Source: a virus
Direction: 5' to 3' (one strand)
IMG/VR virus record: IMGVR_UViG_3300045988_177154
Location: 1-64,000 of that record
DNA: 64,000 nt
Part shown: piece by piece, positions 1 through 8,489 of the stretch
Layout of the letters: each line of letters begins with the position of its first letter
Numbering within the stretch: the stretch's first letter is position 1
The notes under the pieces: generated by a model
The model's input: only the letters and a program-made list of their open reading frames with translations
Told to the model about the DNA's origin: nothing
Databases searched by the model: none
Made by a program: the position numbers and the translations under genes

Positions 1-458
1 TCTATTTTATTTGAACTGACTTCTGAGGAAGTCCATAATGCTAAATCTTCAGCAAAGAATGAAATGAATTTTTTATCAATTTTATAAATTTGTTCATCTT
101 CTAGTTGTAAATTAGCTTCAGCTTTGATTAGTCGTTCTTTTGCTTCAGTTCTTAACAGAACTAAATTTGAGTTAACTAAAAATAAAATCATATTTAATTT
201 ATTAGTTTTATATTCTTCTAGGTATTGTAGTTTCATCTGTTCTGCTAATGACAACCACAAATTAGGCGTTTCATCATATTGTGCATAAGCAGAATTAGGA
301 TAATTTAAATTTTTAGCTAAAAGAATATTATCCTCGTTATATTTCATTTTAAATTTAGCAATACCATTAAAAAATACAAAAGATTCATTTTTATTTAACA
401 AGTAATAAGTTTGAAGCTTTTGAGCTTCCAAAAATTTTTTAAGTTCTTTACTATTCAT
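1..458 (-). CDS. hypothetical protein, 5' part only (gene runs off the left edge); begins MNSKELKKFLEAQKLQ
   Basis: Minus-strand frame is open from ATG 458-456 to position 1. AAGGA SD-like tract lies just upstream. Absent from the ORF track because it is truncated. Confidence 0.6.
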   Translation of the reverse strand, partial: MNSKELKKFLEAQKLQTYYLLNKNESFVFFNGIAKFKMKYNEDNILLAKNLNYPNSAYAQYDETPNLWLSLAEQMKLQYLEEYKTNKLNMILFLVNSNLVLLRTEAKERLIKAEANLQLEDEQIYKIDKKFISFFAEDLALWTSSEVSSNKI

Positions 459-473
459 TTATTTTCCTTATCT

Positions 474-592
474 AAGTTTAAGCGTTTCTGAGCTGTTTTT
501 CTCAGTCTTTGATGGTTTTATCGAAAATCAGTTTAGACTGTTTTAGCGTTGCTTATATTTCGATATAACGACATTCAAAATCAGTTTCAGAT
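474..592 (+). repeat. intergenic repeat family A, copy A1
   Basis: Alignable to copies at 14566, 15577, 28905, 36654, 45190(rc), 57070 and 59055(rc). Ends TTCGATATAACGACATTCAAAATCAGTTT. Carries CTGTTTTT/AAAATCAG motifs in alternating orientation. Confidence 0.85.
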
Positions 593-605
593 TGGTATAA
601 AAAGT

Positions 606-809
606 CTATTTTTCACTTTTTGAGCGTTTGAATAGATTTCGGATAAATTCAATAGCAATTACAACCAAAAGAAATTGCCAAAAAGTTAATTTTGGAAGAA
701 CTGTAAAGATTCCAGCTAGAAAATTATAACCCCAAAATGCTAACATATATGGCAAACCAATGAGGAAGATTGTTCCTAGAAATGCTAGGATAAGTTGGAT
801 GTACTTCAT
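606..809 (-). CDS. small membrane protein (two hydrophobic helices)
   Basis: 67-aa ORF. GAAAGGAG SD lies upstream of the ATG. Hydrophobic stretches LILAFLGTIFLIGLPYMLAF and FWQFLLVVIAIEFI. Confidence 0.75.
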   Translation of the reverse strand: MKYIQLILAFLGTIFLIGLPYMLAFWGYNFLAGIFTVLPKLTFWQFLLVVIAIEFIRNLFKRSKSEK

Positions 810-830
810 TTTTATTTGCTCCTTTCAATT

Positions 831-1241
831 TTAAAATTTCATATTAGCTTCTGCATCTGCTAACGTTATAGCATTTTCTACTGTATCAATAAGAAACTTA
901 TAAACAGTATTGTAAATATCTGCGTACGGGGGCTCCATGAGTTCAATTTCTTTAACTTTTCCATTACGTTCACATTTCAAAGTAACAACAAGGTCAGTTA
1001 CTTTTACAATTTTAACTTTCAATTCAATAGAGTCAATTTTGTAAGTCCACACATAACCATTTTCAGTATTTTGAAATTTATATTTTTGAAGAATATTGTT
1101 ATTGTTATAACGGTCAACAAATTTAGTAATAAATTCTGTTTTTCCATTTCTAGTTTCAATTACTGCTTTTGCATAAGCAAGATAATCGACTAAAAACGGT
1201 TTAATTTCTGCTGTTAGAATTTTTTGATTTTCTTTTTCCAT
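831..1241 (-). CDS. hypothetical protein
   Basis: 136-aa ORF, co-oriented and tightly packed in the minus-strand block. Confidence 0.75.
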   Translation of the reverse strand: MEKENQKILTAEIKPFLVDYLAYAKAVIETRNGKTEFITKFVDRYNNNNILQKYKFQNTENGYVWTYKIDSIELKVKIVKVTDLVVTLKCERNGKVKEIELMEPPYADIYNTVYKFLIDTVENAITLADAEANMKF

Positions 1242-1282
1242 GTTACTTCTTCTTTCTTTTATTTCTTATAACTAGGATTTTG

Positions 1283-1825
1283 TTATTTCTTCATCTTTTT
1301 AATTAGATTGTCTAGTTGTTTTAGTTCTCTAAGATTTAATTTGTCAAAATCAACCTTAGTAGTAATATTTCGTTTCAATCTACGAGTAATAGAATTTCGT
1401 TCATCTTGTTCTGCTTGATTTTCTTCTGCTTCAATCTTAGCAACTTCTTTATCAATCTTATCAATAATTGGAGCAAGTGCTTTAATAAATTTTTCAATTT
1501 GTACTCGATTAAGTTCAGAAACAAAATTCAAGTAGTATTGATTTGCATAAAGTTGAGTTCTATGACGCCAAACTTCTTCTCCTTTTTTGAATAATTGTAA
1601 AAACACTGAAGAATAAACTTTCGTTTTGTTGTAGCTATATGGGCTTACTGTTAATTTAACTTCGCCCAAATCAACTTTTGTTCGATTTTGACAAATAGAA
1701 TAAGTAAGGTCTGAAGCTCTAACAACATCATTATCAATTAAGACAACTCTATTGTTAGTTAATTTAGTAATATAATTCTTTAGCAATTCTTTTCGATAGT
1801 TTAGATTTGGTTGTTTCTTTTTCAT
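1283..1825 (-). CDS. hypothetical basic/coiled-coil protein
   Basis: ORF track 1283..1876. Start moved to MKKKQPNL (1825) because AAGGAAG SD sits 6 nt upstream and the track start lies inside the promoter -10/leader. Confidence 0.75.
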   Translation of the reverse strand: MKKKQPNLNYRKELLKNYITKLTNNRVVLIDNDVVRASDLTYSICQNRTKVDLGEVKLTVSPYSYNKTKVYSSVFLQLFKKGEEVWRHRTQLYANQYYLNFVSELNRVQIEKFIKALAPIIDKIDKEVAKIEAEENQAEQDERNSITRRLKRNITTKVDFDKLNLRELKQLDNLIKKMKK

Positions 1826-1867
1826 TGTTTTAACTTCCTTTTCATAAGTTATTTTATCTTTAGTTAT

Positions 1868-1896
1868 ATTGTACAATAAAATCTCTATTTTGTCAA
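1868..1896 (-). promoter_or_regulatory. sigma-A-type promoter TTGACA-17-TACAAT
   Basis: Plus strand reads ATTGTA (1868-1873) and TGTCAA (1891-1896) with a 17-nt spacer. Confidence 0.75.
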
Positions 1897-1898
1897 AG

Positions 1899-1928
1899 AA
1901 AAAATAAAAAAGAGCATAACTATGCTCT
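1899..1928 (-). terminator. intrinsic terminator after the 1930..2364 gene
   Basis: Hairpin AGAGCAT-aact-ATGCTCT (1911-1928), followed on the minus strand by a T-run. Confidence 0.7.
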
Positions 1929-1929
1929 T

Positions 1930-2364
1930 TTAGTCATTTGTAAATTCTAAATATTTGCTAAGACTAAGTTCATCTTTATGCTGTATTACTGATTTGTAAA
2001 TCGCTTCTACAGCTGGCATTTTGCTGGCGTAACTGTTATAAATAGCCCCATCTGAAAAAATTTTATTATCATCAGTATTATGCTCTGATTTATTTGGGCT
2101 GTTGAAATGAAATTCAAACACATGATAGCGGTCACCGATTTTGGTCATAGAAATTTTTACTCCTCTCTCACCAGGGCTTGAACCATTCGCTGCGTATAAG
2201 TTTAACCAAACCTTTGCTTCTTTTAGAACTCTTTTAGCAACTTCGTTTGATTGAAAGTCATAAGGCTTAAAATAGGACTGAAATGAAGGTTTGTCAAATT
2301 TGATTTGTAAATTAGACATCCTATTAACCCCATTAAAAAAGTTATCAATTTCTAGTGCGTTCAT
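1930..2364 (-). CDS. hypothetical protein
   Basis: 144-aa ORF, co-oriented, with a terminator immediately downstream. Confidence 0.75.
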   Translation of the reverse strand: MNALEIDNFFNGVNRMSNLQIKFDKPSFQSYFKPYDFQSNEVAKRVLKEAKVWLNLYAANGSSPGERGVKISMTKIGDRYHVFEFHFNSPNKSEHNTDDNKIFSDGAIYNSYASKMPAVEAIYKSVIQHKDELSLSKYLEFTND

Positions 2365-2390
2365 TTTTATTTCCTTTCTTTTCGTAATTT

Positions 2391-3539
2391 TTATAAAGCA
2401 TTTTTTAATCTATTTAGAGTTGAATCTATATAATCATATAAGCTTTTAATCATATTAACATCTTCTAAACTGAAATAACGATTCATAATTTTATGACTAA
2501 ATTGTGGCTTGACAGAGCCTTTATAATCCTTATAGCGCCCCTCTAACATGATGTCATAATTGTCTTGTTCTGAAATAAGGAATCTATCAAAGTTATCAGA
2601 AATCCCTACTTTAAAATTGTCAGCTCCATTAACAATAGTAATACTAAATTTAAATTCTTCCTTACATCTATAAATCATTCTATTAGTATCCCAACTAGTA
2701 GGGAATGAATAATTTAAAATAAGTAATTGATAGAAATATTCTCTAATAGCAGAAATATATAAGCTTTCAAGATTTACTTCAATATATTTAACAAAATCTT
2801 GCATAGTACTTACTTTGTTATTAAGAAGCATATTGAAAAAGAAATTAGCAAATTCAGGTTCAAGAGATTTCTTCTTCACTTCAAAATAGAAAGTAGTATT
2901 TAATCCAATCTTCAAGAAAGGAGAAATAGCTCTATTAGCATTTTCAAAGAGCTCATGAATATTAAGTTTTTCTTCTGCTTCTTTTTTAATTTTACCGCAT
3001 TTAATTAGTAATTCTTCTCTAATTCGGTCTTGTAAATACTCACAAGTTTCTGTAATAATTTCAAATTTAGTAACTTCAATATTGATTCGTTCTTGAATAG
3101 ATTTGTCTTTATTCATAAGCCATGGAGTAATAAGTAAATTTTGATACTCTTGAATTGAACTATTTTCAGTCATACTATTAAGAACTGTTAAAATTTCTTC
3201 ATATTCATTAGCTTTAGACCACATTAAACTTCTTCTGGCTTCTTTAGTAATAGCTTTTTCAATTAGATTAAGTACTACAGCCATTAAAGATTCTTTTAAA
3301 TCTTTTACTTTATCAATGTAAATAACGTGCTCATCTTTCTCAAAGTTTTTCTTTTTCGTAAGGATAAATTTATTGCTATCTACTAAATATTTGATTTCAA
3401 CAGAATGTGGCCCACATTTGTAATTGAAATTGTTTTTTATGTTTTGAAAACCTGTAATATGTAGATTAGTTGGATAGATTTCTTTATTGATTTTGTCTAT
3501 TTCGTTTTGGATTTCATCTATGCTTATATAAATATTCAA
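2391..3539 (-). CDS. hypothetical protein (382 aa)
   Basis: Long ORF with no competing frame. No motif recognised. Confidence 0.8.
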   Translation of the reverse strand: MNIYISIDEIQNEIDKINKEIYPTNLHITGFQNIKNNFNYKCGPHSVEIKYLVDSNKFILTKKKNFEKDEHVIYIDKVKDLKESLMAVVLNLIEKAITKEARRSLMWSKANEYEEILTVLNSMTENSSIQEYQNLLITPWLMNKDKSIQERINIEVTKFEIITETCEYLQDRIREELLIKCGKIKKEAEEKLNIHELFENANRAISPFLKIGLNTTFYFEVKKKSLEPEFANFFFNMLLNNKVSTMQDFVKYIEVNLESLYISAIREYFYQLLILNYSFPTSWDTNRMIYRCKEEFKFSITIVNGADNFKVGISDNFDRFLISEQDNYDIMLEGRYKDYKGSVKPQFSHKIMNRYFSLEDVNMIKSLYDYIDSTLNRLKNAL

Positions 3540-3632
3540 TTGGTTCAGCTCCTTTTTCTTTTCATTTTATCAAATTGTTAAATTTAAGTCAAATAAAAAA
3601 GAGTCTGATAATGACTCTTTTCTTATATTTTA

Positions 3633-3845
3633 TTAGTCTTTTACTACTTGTAAATACGCTTCACATAAGATTCCTTTATAACCAATAAGTGTAACTTCGG
3701 TACAGGTTTCCCATTCTTCAATAGTTGGAGATTCATAGAGTTCCCACTTTTCTTTTTTAAGGAACTTTAAAACTTCTTGTTTAGATTTAAACAAATCTAA
3801 ACGGAATTTCCTTTGATTATCAAATGTTGCTAAAATGAATTTCAT
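3633..3845 (-). CDS. hypothetical protein, paralog of 3850..4080
   Basis: MKFILATFDN..LDLFKSKQEVLKFLKKEKWELYES aligns with MKYILAMSNK..LELFNSKEELLKYLNENEWYLLNS. Confidence 0.75.
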   Translation of the reverse strand: MKFILATFDNQRKFRLDLFKSKQEVLKFLKKEKWELYESPTIEEWETCTEVTLIGYKGILCEAYLQVVKD

Positions 3846-3849
3846 TGTC

Positions 3850-4080
3850 TTATCCTTTCATTACTCGTAAATGAGCTTCACTGTTTGGGCCAAAGAACTC
3901 AGGCTTCTGGGCAATATATTCTGCTTCAACATTAGTATAATTTTCCAAATTATCCCAATCTACTGAATTAAGAAGATACCATTCATTTTCATTTAGATAT
4001 TTAAGTAATTCTTCTTTGCTATTAAAAAGCTCTAGTGCAACCCCGTTAATTTTATTGCTCATTGCTAAAATATATTTCAT
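3850..4080 (-). CDS. hypothetical protein, paralog of 3633..3845
   Basis: Tandem duplicate separated by 4 nt. Confidence 0.75.
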   Translation of the reverse strand: MKYILAMSNKINGVALELFNSKEELLKYLNENEWYLLNSVDWDNLENYTNVEAEYIAQKPEFFGPNSEAHLRVMKG

Positions 4081-4095
4081 TGTTTTCTCTCCTTT

Positions 4096-4350
4096 TTACA
4101 AAATATTATCTTCAAAGTAGCTTATCAATTCATCAGCATTATTAAAAGCTCGACCAATTGCAGTAGCAGATTTTGGATAACTACAATTATCTAACTCATT
4201 TAAATCTTTTAGGATTTCGCTCCATTTTGTTATCAAATTACAAGTTTCAAATTCATAGTAAAAACCATTTTTAGTAGTTTCATTAAAGAGTAAAATTGTA
4301 ACGTAATTACCGTCATTGTAGGTTTCAATCACCTTTGTAATATTTTTCAT
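4096..4350 (-). CDS. hypothetical protein
   Basis: 84-aa ORF in the same operon-like string. Confidence 0.7.
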   Translation of the reverse strand: MKNITKVIETYNDGNYVTILLFNETTKNGFYYEFETCNLITKWSEILKDLNELDNCSYPKSATAIGRAFNNADELISYFEDNIL

Positions 4351-4367
4351 TTTTCTTATCCTTTTCT

Positions 4368-4556
4368 TTATTTATAAATTCGGTATTCTTGATTTCCAAC
4401 AAGAGCAGTTTGTACTAGGAAGAATACAGCATAAGTAAGTTCTCCCCAAAAGATAGCTAAAATCCAATCTTCAACAACAAAATGAGCAAGAATTGGAAAG
4501 ATTACCCATCCAAATACGATTATAAACATTAGTAGCAAGTTCTTAATAATTGTCAT
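4368..4556 (-). CDS. small membrane protein
   Basis: 62-aa ORF with two hydrophobic helices. First gene behind the promoter at 4589-4617. Confidence 0.7.
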   Translation of the reverse strand: MTIIKNLLLMFIIVFGWVIFPILAHFVVEDWILAIFWGELTYAVFFLVQTALVGNQEYRIYK

Positions 4557-4588
4557 TGTTTTTTACCTCAATCCTTATTTCTATATTC

Positions 4589-4617
4589 ATTATACAACAA
4601 GAAATATCTTTTGTCAA
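4589..4617 (-). promoter_or_regulatory. sigma-A-type promoter TTGACA-17-TATAAT
   Basis: Plus strand reads ATTATA (4589-4594) and TGTCAA (4612-4617). Confidence 0.8.
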
Positions 4618-4655
4618 CAATTTTATAAAAATAAAAAGAGCTATATAAGCTCCTT

Positions 4656-5087
4656 TTAAAAATCATCATATGCAGCCGCTAAAGCATCCCAATGAATTGC
4701 TTCATCTAGTTCATCTGCATAAAATTCTTTTTCATCTTCAGTACATTTGCTATAAGATTTATGACGACCCCAAGCGTCTTTTTCATCAGAATATAAAATG
4801 TTTTCATCTCCAACTCGTTCACCAATTTTATATTCTTCTTTTGTGCCATGCTCTGGCATGCAGTCAAAACAAACCCAACAACGACCTTTGTCTTTAGGAT
4901 TGATTGTGTAGCAGCTTGATTTAGCTTTAATTAGTTTAGAGCATTCTTCACAGTATCTATCTTTCTTAATAGCAACAATTTTGAAGTTGCTTGTTGGATT
5001 CATTAAAATAAAATGGTTTTCTTCATAGATAGCTCCATACCTATAAATAGTTACTGTTTGAGAATTTACTAATTTAGGTTTATTCAT
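4656..5087 (-). CDS. Cys-rich putative zinc-binding protein
   Basis: 143-aa ORF with CEEC..C...CWVCFDC spacing (CxxC ... CxxCxxC). Confidence 0.7.
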   Translation of the reverse strand: MNKPKLVNSQTVTIYRYGAIYEENHFILMNPTSNFKIVAIKKDRYCEECSKLIKAKSSCYTINPKDKGRCWVCFDCMPEHGTKEEYKIGERVGDENILYSDEKDAWGRHKSYSKCTEDEKEFYADELDEAIHWDALAAAYDDF

Positions 5088-5111
5088 AGTTATCCCCTTT
5101 CAATCAAATTT

Positions 5112-5930
5112 TTAGCTTAGTATCATAGTAAAGAATCCAACAACTACAACTAAGAGTAAAATAACTACAAAAATCATATAAGGTTTCTGTTTTTCAGCAT
5201 CGTCACTTTCTTCATCTTTACTTTCTGAAGCAGTATAATCATCATAATAATAATAGTAGTCATTATAATAATAATTATCATGGTTACGGTTATTCAACAA
5301 ATTCATAAACAATAATTGCTGGGTCAGTGTTGGATAAGCGAAGTTATTCTCAACAGGTGGGTAATAACTCCTATTTGAATATGAGTTCCATGATTCAATA
5401 GGAAGTGTTGGCGGAGCCAAATTCGGATTCTGTACATATGAATTATTTTGAGAAGAGCTTGATTGTCTAGCATTTTTACTAGGGTCATAAATAGCATTAG
5501 GTTGTTTAGCCTTAGAAGTATTTGAGCTTGATTGTGAGTCATTTGACTTCGGTTGTGCATCTGCTGGACGAGAATTTACACTTGGGTCATAGATTGCATT
5601 AGGCTGCTTTGGCTTAGTACTTGATTTTGGAGTACTGCTTGATTTATTAGATTTATTTGACTTGTTTGAGTTTGATTTATTTGAACTCTTATTAGAGTTA
5701 CTATTTGAACTTTTGCTTGAACTCTTTGATGAGCTAGATTTGCTCGAGCTGCCCGAAGAACTTTTTGAAGAGCTTGAACTTCTTGACGAGCTATGACTAG
5801 AACTTCTACTTGAACTATGAGATGAGTGAGATGAATGTCCACCACTATGGCCTCCACGAGCAAGTGCCGTGCCTGGCGATAACAACATAAGTAGAGCAAT
5901 CAGAGCTCCTAACATTTTGATTTTTTTCAT
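5112..5930 (-). CDS. secreted, C-terminally membrane-anchored Ser/His/Lys-rich low-complexity protein
   Basis: Signal peptide MKKIKMLGALIALLMLLSPGTALA. Long HSS/KSS tracts. Duplicated KPKQPNAIYDPS motif. Tyr/Asp-rich stretch, then TM MIFVVILLLVVVVGFFTMIL. Confidence 0.75.
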   Translation of the reverse strand: MKKIKMLGALIALLMLLSPGTALARGGHSGGHSSHSSHSSSRSSSHSSSRSSSSSKSSSGSSSKSSSSKSSSKSSNSNSNKSSNKSNSNKSNKSNKSSSTPKSSTKPKQPNAIYDPSVNSRPADAQPKSNDSQSSSNTSKAKQPNAIYDPSKNARQSSSSQNNSYVQNPNLAPPTLPIESWNSYSNRSYYPPVENNFAYPTLTQQLLFMNLLNNRNHDNYYYNDYYYYYDDYTASESKDEESDDAEKQKPYMIFVVILLLVVVVGFFTMILS

Positions 5931-5975
5931 TTAGTATAATTCCTTTTCAAAAGATTTTAGTTCTTTGTATTTTTA

Positions 5976-6350
5976 TCACGAATAAATCACCACAAGCACT
6001 AAGATGAGTACGATTAAGATTGGTATTACTACAGAAGCAATGGAAGAAGATTCTTTTTGAGCACAACCGCTTTCTGAATTGTTATCATGATTTTTCTGGT
6101 GTCGTATATATGTAGGTTGATAAATTATTGTTGGATAAGTGCCTCCTTTGCCATCAGGCATATACATTGTAATTGGCAAAGGTACCCATTCACCATCAGT
6201 ATCATCTGATGTTTCTGTACAAGGATTATTTGATGAGGTTGTAGTAATTTCTGAGTTAGAGTCAACCGAGGTTTGCTCTTCATTGGCTAATGCTGTACTG
6301 ATTGACAACAAAGCAAGAAAAACAATTAAAAATCCAAATATTTTCTTCAT
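5976..6350 (-). CDS. secreted, C-terminally anchored small protein
   Basis: Signal peptide MKKIFGFLIVFLALLSISTALA and C-terminal TM IASVVIPILIVLILVLVVIY. Confidence 0.75.
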   Translation of the reverse strand: MKKIFGFLIVFLALLSISTALANEEQTSVDSNSEITTTSSNNPCTETSDDTDGEWVPLPITMYMPDGKGGTYPTIIYQPTYIRHQKNHDNNSESGCAQKESSSIASVVIPILIVLILVLVVIYS

Positions 6351-6375
6351 TTAGTAAATTCCTTTTTTAAGCAAC

Positions 6376-6711
6376 TTATCGAATGTTAATGTTGTTTTTT
6401 TGTAAATATTCAACAGAATCAGGTGAAAGCAATTCTAAGATTGATAAATCTGAGCATTGACTGTAATCATACTCGAAATGGATTTCATCAGCACATTCAA
6501 AACTGTATTCTCCACCTTTATAACCATAAAACTCTTTGCCTGATGTTAAATCGTCAAATGCTTCATTAAGTTCAGAAATTGGAATGTACTCATCTTTGTT
6601 ATCAAAGAATAGAGCTGGTTCAGCATAAATGCCTCGCCATGAGCCATATTCACGAATTTTCTTAATCTCAAGTGGTAATGTTAGTAAGTATTCAAATTTT
6701 GCAATATCCAT
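6376..6711 (-). CDS. hypothetical acidic protein
   Basis: 111-aa ORF, co-oriented. Confidence 0.7.
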   Translation of the reverse strand: MDIAKFEYLLTLPLEIKKIREYGSWRGIYAEPALFFDNKDEYIPISELNEAFDDLTSGKEFYGYKGGEYSFECADEIHFEYDYSQCSDLSILELLSPDSVEYLQKNNINIR

Positions 6712-6726
6712 TTTAATTATTCCTTT

Positions 6727-7107
6727 CTACGCTCCTAAGTCAATTCCTACTTCTTTTAATTCATTAAAAGCTCGTTCAGAATTAAGAGCATTCTTTTTAA
6801 TCTTTTTACGGATTTCTGGGTAACCTTCTTCAGCAATAGATAGTAATGCACCAGTTTCTTTAGCAGCTTTCGCAATAGCAGAAGTCATATAATCTGAGCG
6901 AGAACCACCAAGATATGGGTAAAGATAAACGAACAAACGGTCAATGACTTGGTAAGCACGTTTCTTATCTTCTTCTGTTTCTACTTTTTCAAAAGTAAAA
7001 TCATATTCATTCATAACTGATGTAAATTCATAGCTTTCGTCTGAAATGTCAAAATCCTTAGAAATATTGATTAAAGCTTGTTTTGTAAAAGTTTCTTTCA
7101 CTGTCAT
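6727..7107 (-). CDS. hypothetical protein
   Basis: 126-aa ORF, first gene behind the promoter at 7139-7167. Confidence 0.75.
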   Translation of the reverse strand: MTVKETFTKQALINISKDFDISDESYEFTSVMNEYDFTFEKVETEEDKKRAYQVIDRLFVYLYPYLGGSRSDYMTSAIAKAAKETGALLSIAEEGYPEIRKKIKKNALNSERAFNELKEVGIDLGA

Positions 7108-7138
7108 TGTTTTTCTCTCCTTTATTCTTCATATGTCT

Positions 7139-7167
7139 ATTATATTATATGCTTTTTAATTTGTCAA
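7139..7167 (-). promoter_or_regulatory. sigma-A-type promoter TTGACA-17-TATAAT
   Basis: Plus strand reads ATTATA (7139-7144) and TGTCAA (7162-7167). Confidence 0.8.
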
Positions 7168-7210
7168 CAAATTTATAAAACAAAAAAGAGCATATGGCTC
7201 TTATTTTAGT

Positions 7211-7720
7211 TTATGCAATTTCCTTATTCAAAATTTTAGTAATGAAGTGTTCCATAGTTGGCTTCAAATTGATTTCCACTCTGTTTAGGTAATCTTCATT
7301 TAAGAAACATTTATATTGGTCTAGTTCTTTAATATATTCATCAGTAAGAGCATAGAAATCATTATAAAGTTTGTTCAATGCTTTTTCTTTGTCATTTGCT
7401 TTTGAATTTAGAATTTTTTCATATTCATCTTTATATGTTACAGCAATTGTTGTAACTGTTCTTTGTACAATCTTTCCAGCTTTTTTCAATTTGTAATATT
7501 CATTTTTAGAAATTGGAGTAGTCTCAAATTTATATATAGGAAGTCTGTCGTATTTACCATTGTCACCCCAGCCCCATTCAGAGCCAATTTTAACTTTTTC
7601 TGTTAAAGTAAAATGTTCTTTCTTAACTTCTTTATAATCAATAGAATTAAAAAGCTTCTTTGAGAGCATATGAAGATTCATATAAAGCAAATCGTCAAGT
7701 TTCATTTCATTTAATTTCAT
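7211..7720 (-). CDS. hypothetical protein
   Basis: ORF track 7211..7744. Start moved to MKLNEMKL (7720), which has an AGAGG SD about 7 nt upstream. Confidence 0.7.
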   Translation of the reverse strand: MKLNEMKLDDLLYMNLHMLSKKLFNSIDYKEVKKEHFTLTEKVKIGSEWGWGDNGKYDRLPIYKFETTPISKNEYYKLKKAGKIVQRTVTTIAVTYKDEYEKILNSKANDKEKALNKLYNDFYALTDEYIKELDQYKCFLNEDYLNRVEINLKPTMEHFITKILNKEIA

Positions 7721-7748
7721 AAGTTTACCTCTTTCATTTAACAATCTT

Positions 7749-7777
7749 ATTGTATAATAAAGTTTTCACATAGTCAA
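7749..7777 (-). promoter_or_regulatory. sigma-A-type promoter TTGACT-17-TACAAT
   Basis: Plus strand reads ATTGTA (7749-7754) and AGTCAA (7772-7777). Confidence 0.75.
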
Positions 7778-7837
7778 CGATTTTATAAAAAATAAGGCAA
7801 ATACTGATATAGTAAAATAAAAAAGGAAAATTTATTT

Positions 7838-8104
7838 ATGAATAACTTAAAAAAGAAAACTTATAGAAATACTTCGTCATTCATTTTTATGGCATGGGGT
7901 TCATTCGCTTTCTTCGTTATCTTAATGGCAATCGGATTATACACACTTAAAGAGCCATTAATGGTTAAGGGTTATTACTTAATGGGTTCTGTTGGATTGA
8001 TTTCAAGTTCATTCACATTAGCTAAAGTAGTAAGAGATAATCAAGAAGATGAAGAACGTTATAACCAAATGTTCAGAGCAGTAGATGTTGATAACGAAAA
8101 ATAA
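7838..8104 (+). CDS. YiaA/YiaB-type two-helix inner-membrane protein
   Basis: FIFMAWGSFAFFVILMAIGLY..KGYYLMGSVGLISSSFTLAKVVRD matches the YiaAB repeat pattern (W..G..iGL...KGYY....l....K..RD) from memory. Confidence 0.6.
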   Translation: MNNLKKKTYRNTSSFIFMAWGSFAFFVILMAIGLYTLKEPLMVKGYYLMGSVGLISSSFTLAKVVRDNQEDEERYNQMFRAVDVDNEK

Positions 8105-8135
8105 AGAGGCTATTTAATATAGCCTCTTTTTTATT
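8103..8135. terminator. bidirectional intrinsic terminator between convergent genes
   Basis: 11-bp stem AAAGAGGCTAT/ATAGCCTCTTT (8103-8129) flanked by A- and T-runs. Confidence 0.8.
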
Positions 8136-8469
8136 TTAACAATTCTTCAAATTCAAGTTCAAGAGCTTCTCTTTGCTTGTAATTCTTTTCAAATTTAAGG
8201 AATAGTTTAATCAACTCTTTTGGCTTCATATACTTATGAATACCATATCTATTCAAAAAAGGAAATTCTCTAGCGCCCTCTGTATAGACCAAAAAAGTAT
8301 ATTTATATTCTGTTTCAAGTGAAATACTAATACTGCCATTAAATAATTTCTTATTCTTATAAGTAATTCCTTTTAATTTCGCCAATCGCTCAACTTCTTT
8401 CCAATATTCATTAGAAAGTGTAGCTTTCCATTTTCGGTTTAAAAATTCTAGTTTTTCTTCATGAGTCAT
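8131..8469 (-). CDS. hypothetical protein
   Basis: 112-aa ORF. Confidence 0.7.
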   Translation of the reverse strand: MTHEEKLEFLNRKWKATLSNEYWKEVERLAKLKGITYKNKKLFNGSISISLETEYKYTFLVYTEGAREFPFLNRYGIHKYMKPKELIKLFLKFEKNYKQREALELEFEELLK

Positions 8470-8489
8470 TTCACAATACCTTTCTTATT

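Noticed and set aside
5324-5899. Two additional long minus-strand ORFs (5324..5560 and 5576..5899) inside the Ser-rich gene.
   Set aside because: They lie in alternative frames of the same low-complexity AGC/TCA-rich DNA as 5112..5930. They have no SD or start context, and their composition is an artefact of the repeat. Only the frame with signal peptide and TM anchor is kept.
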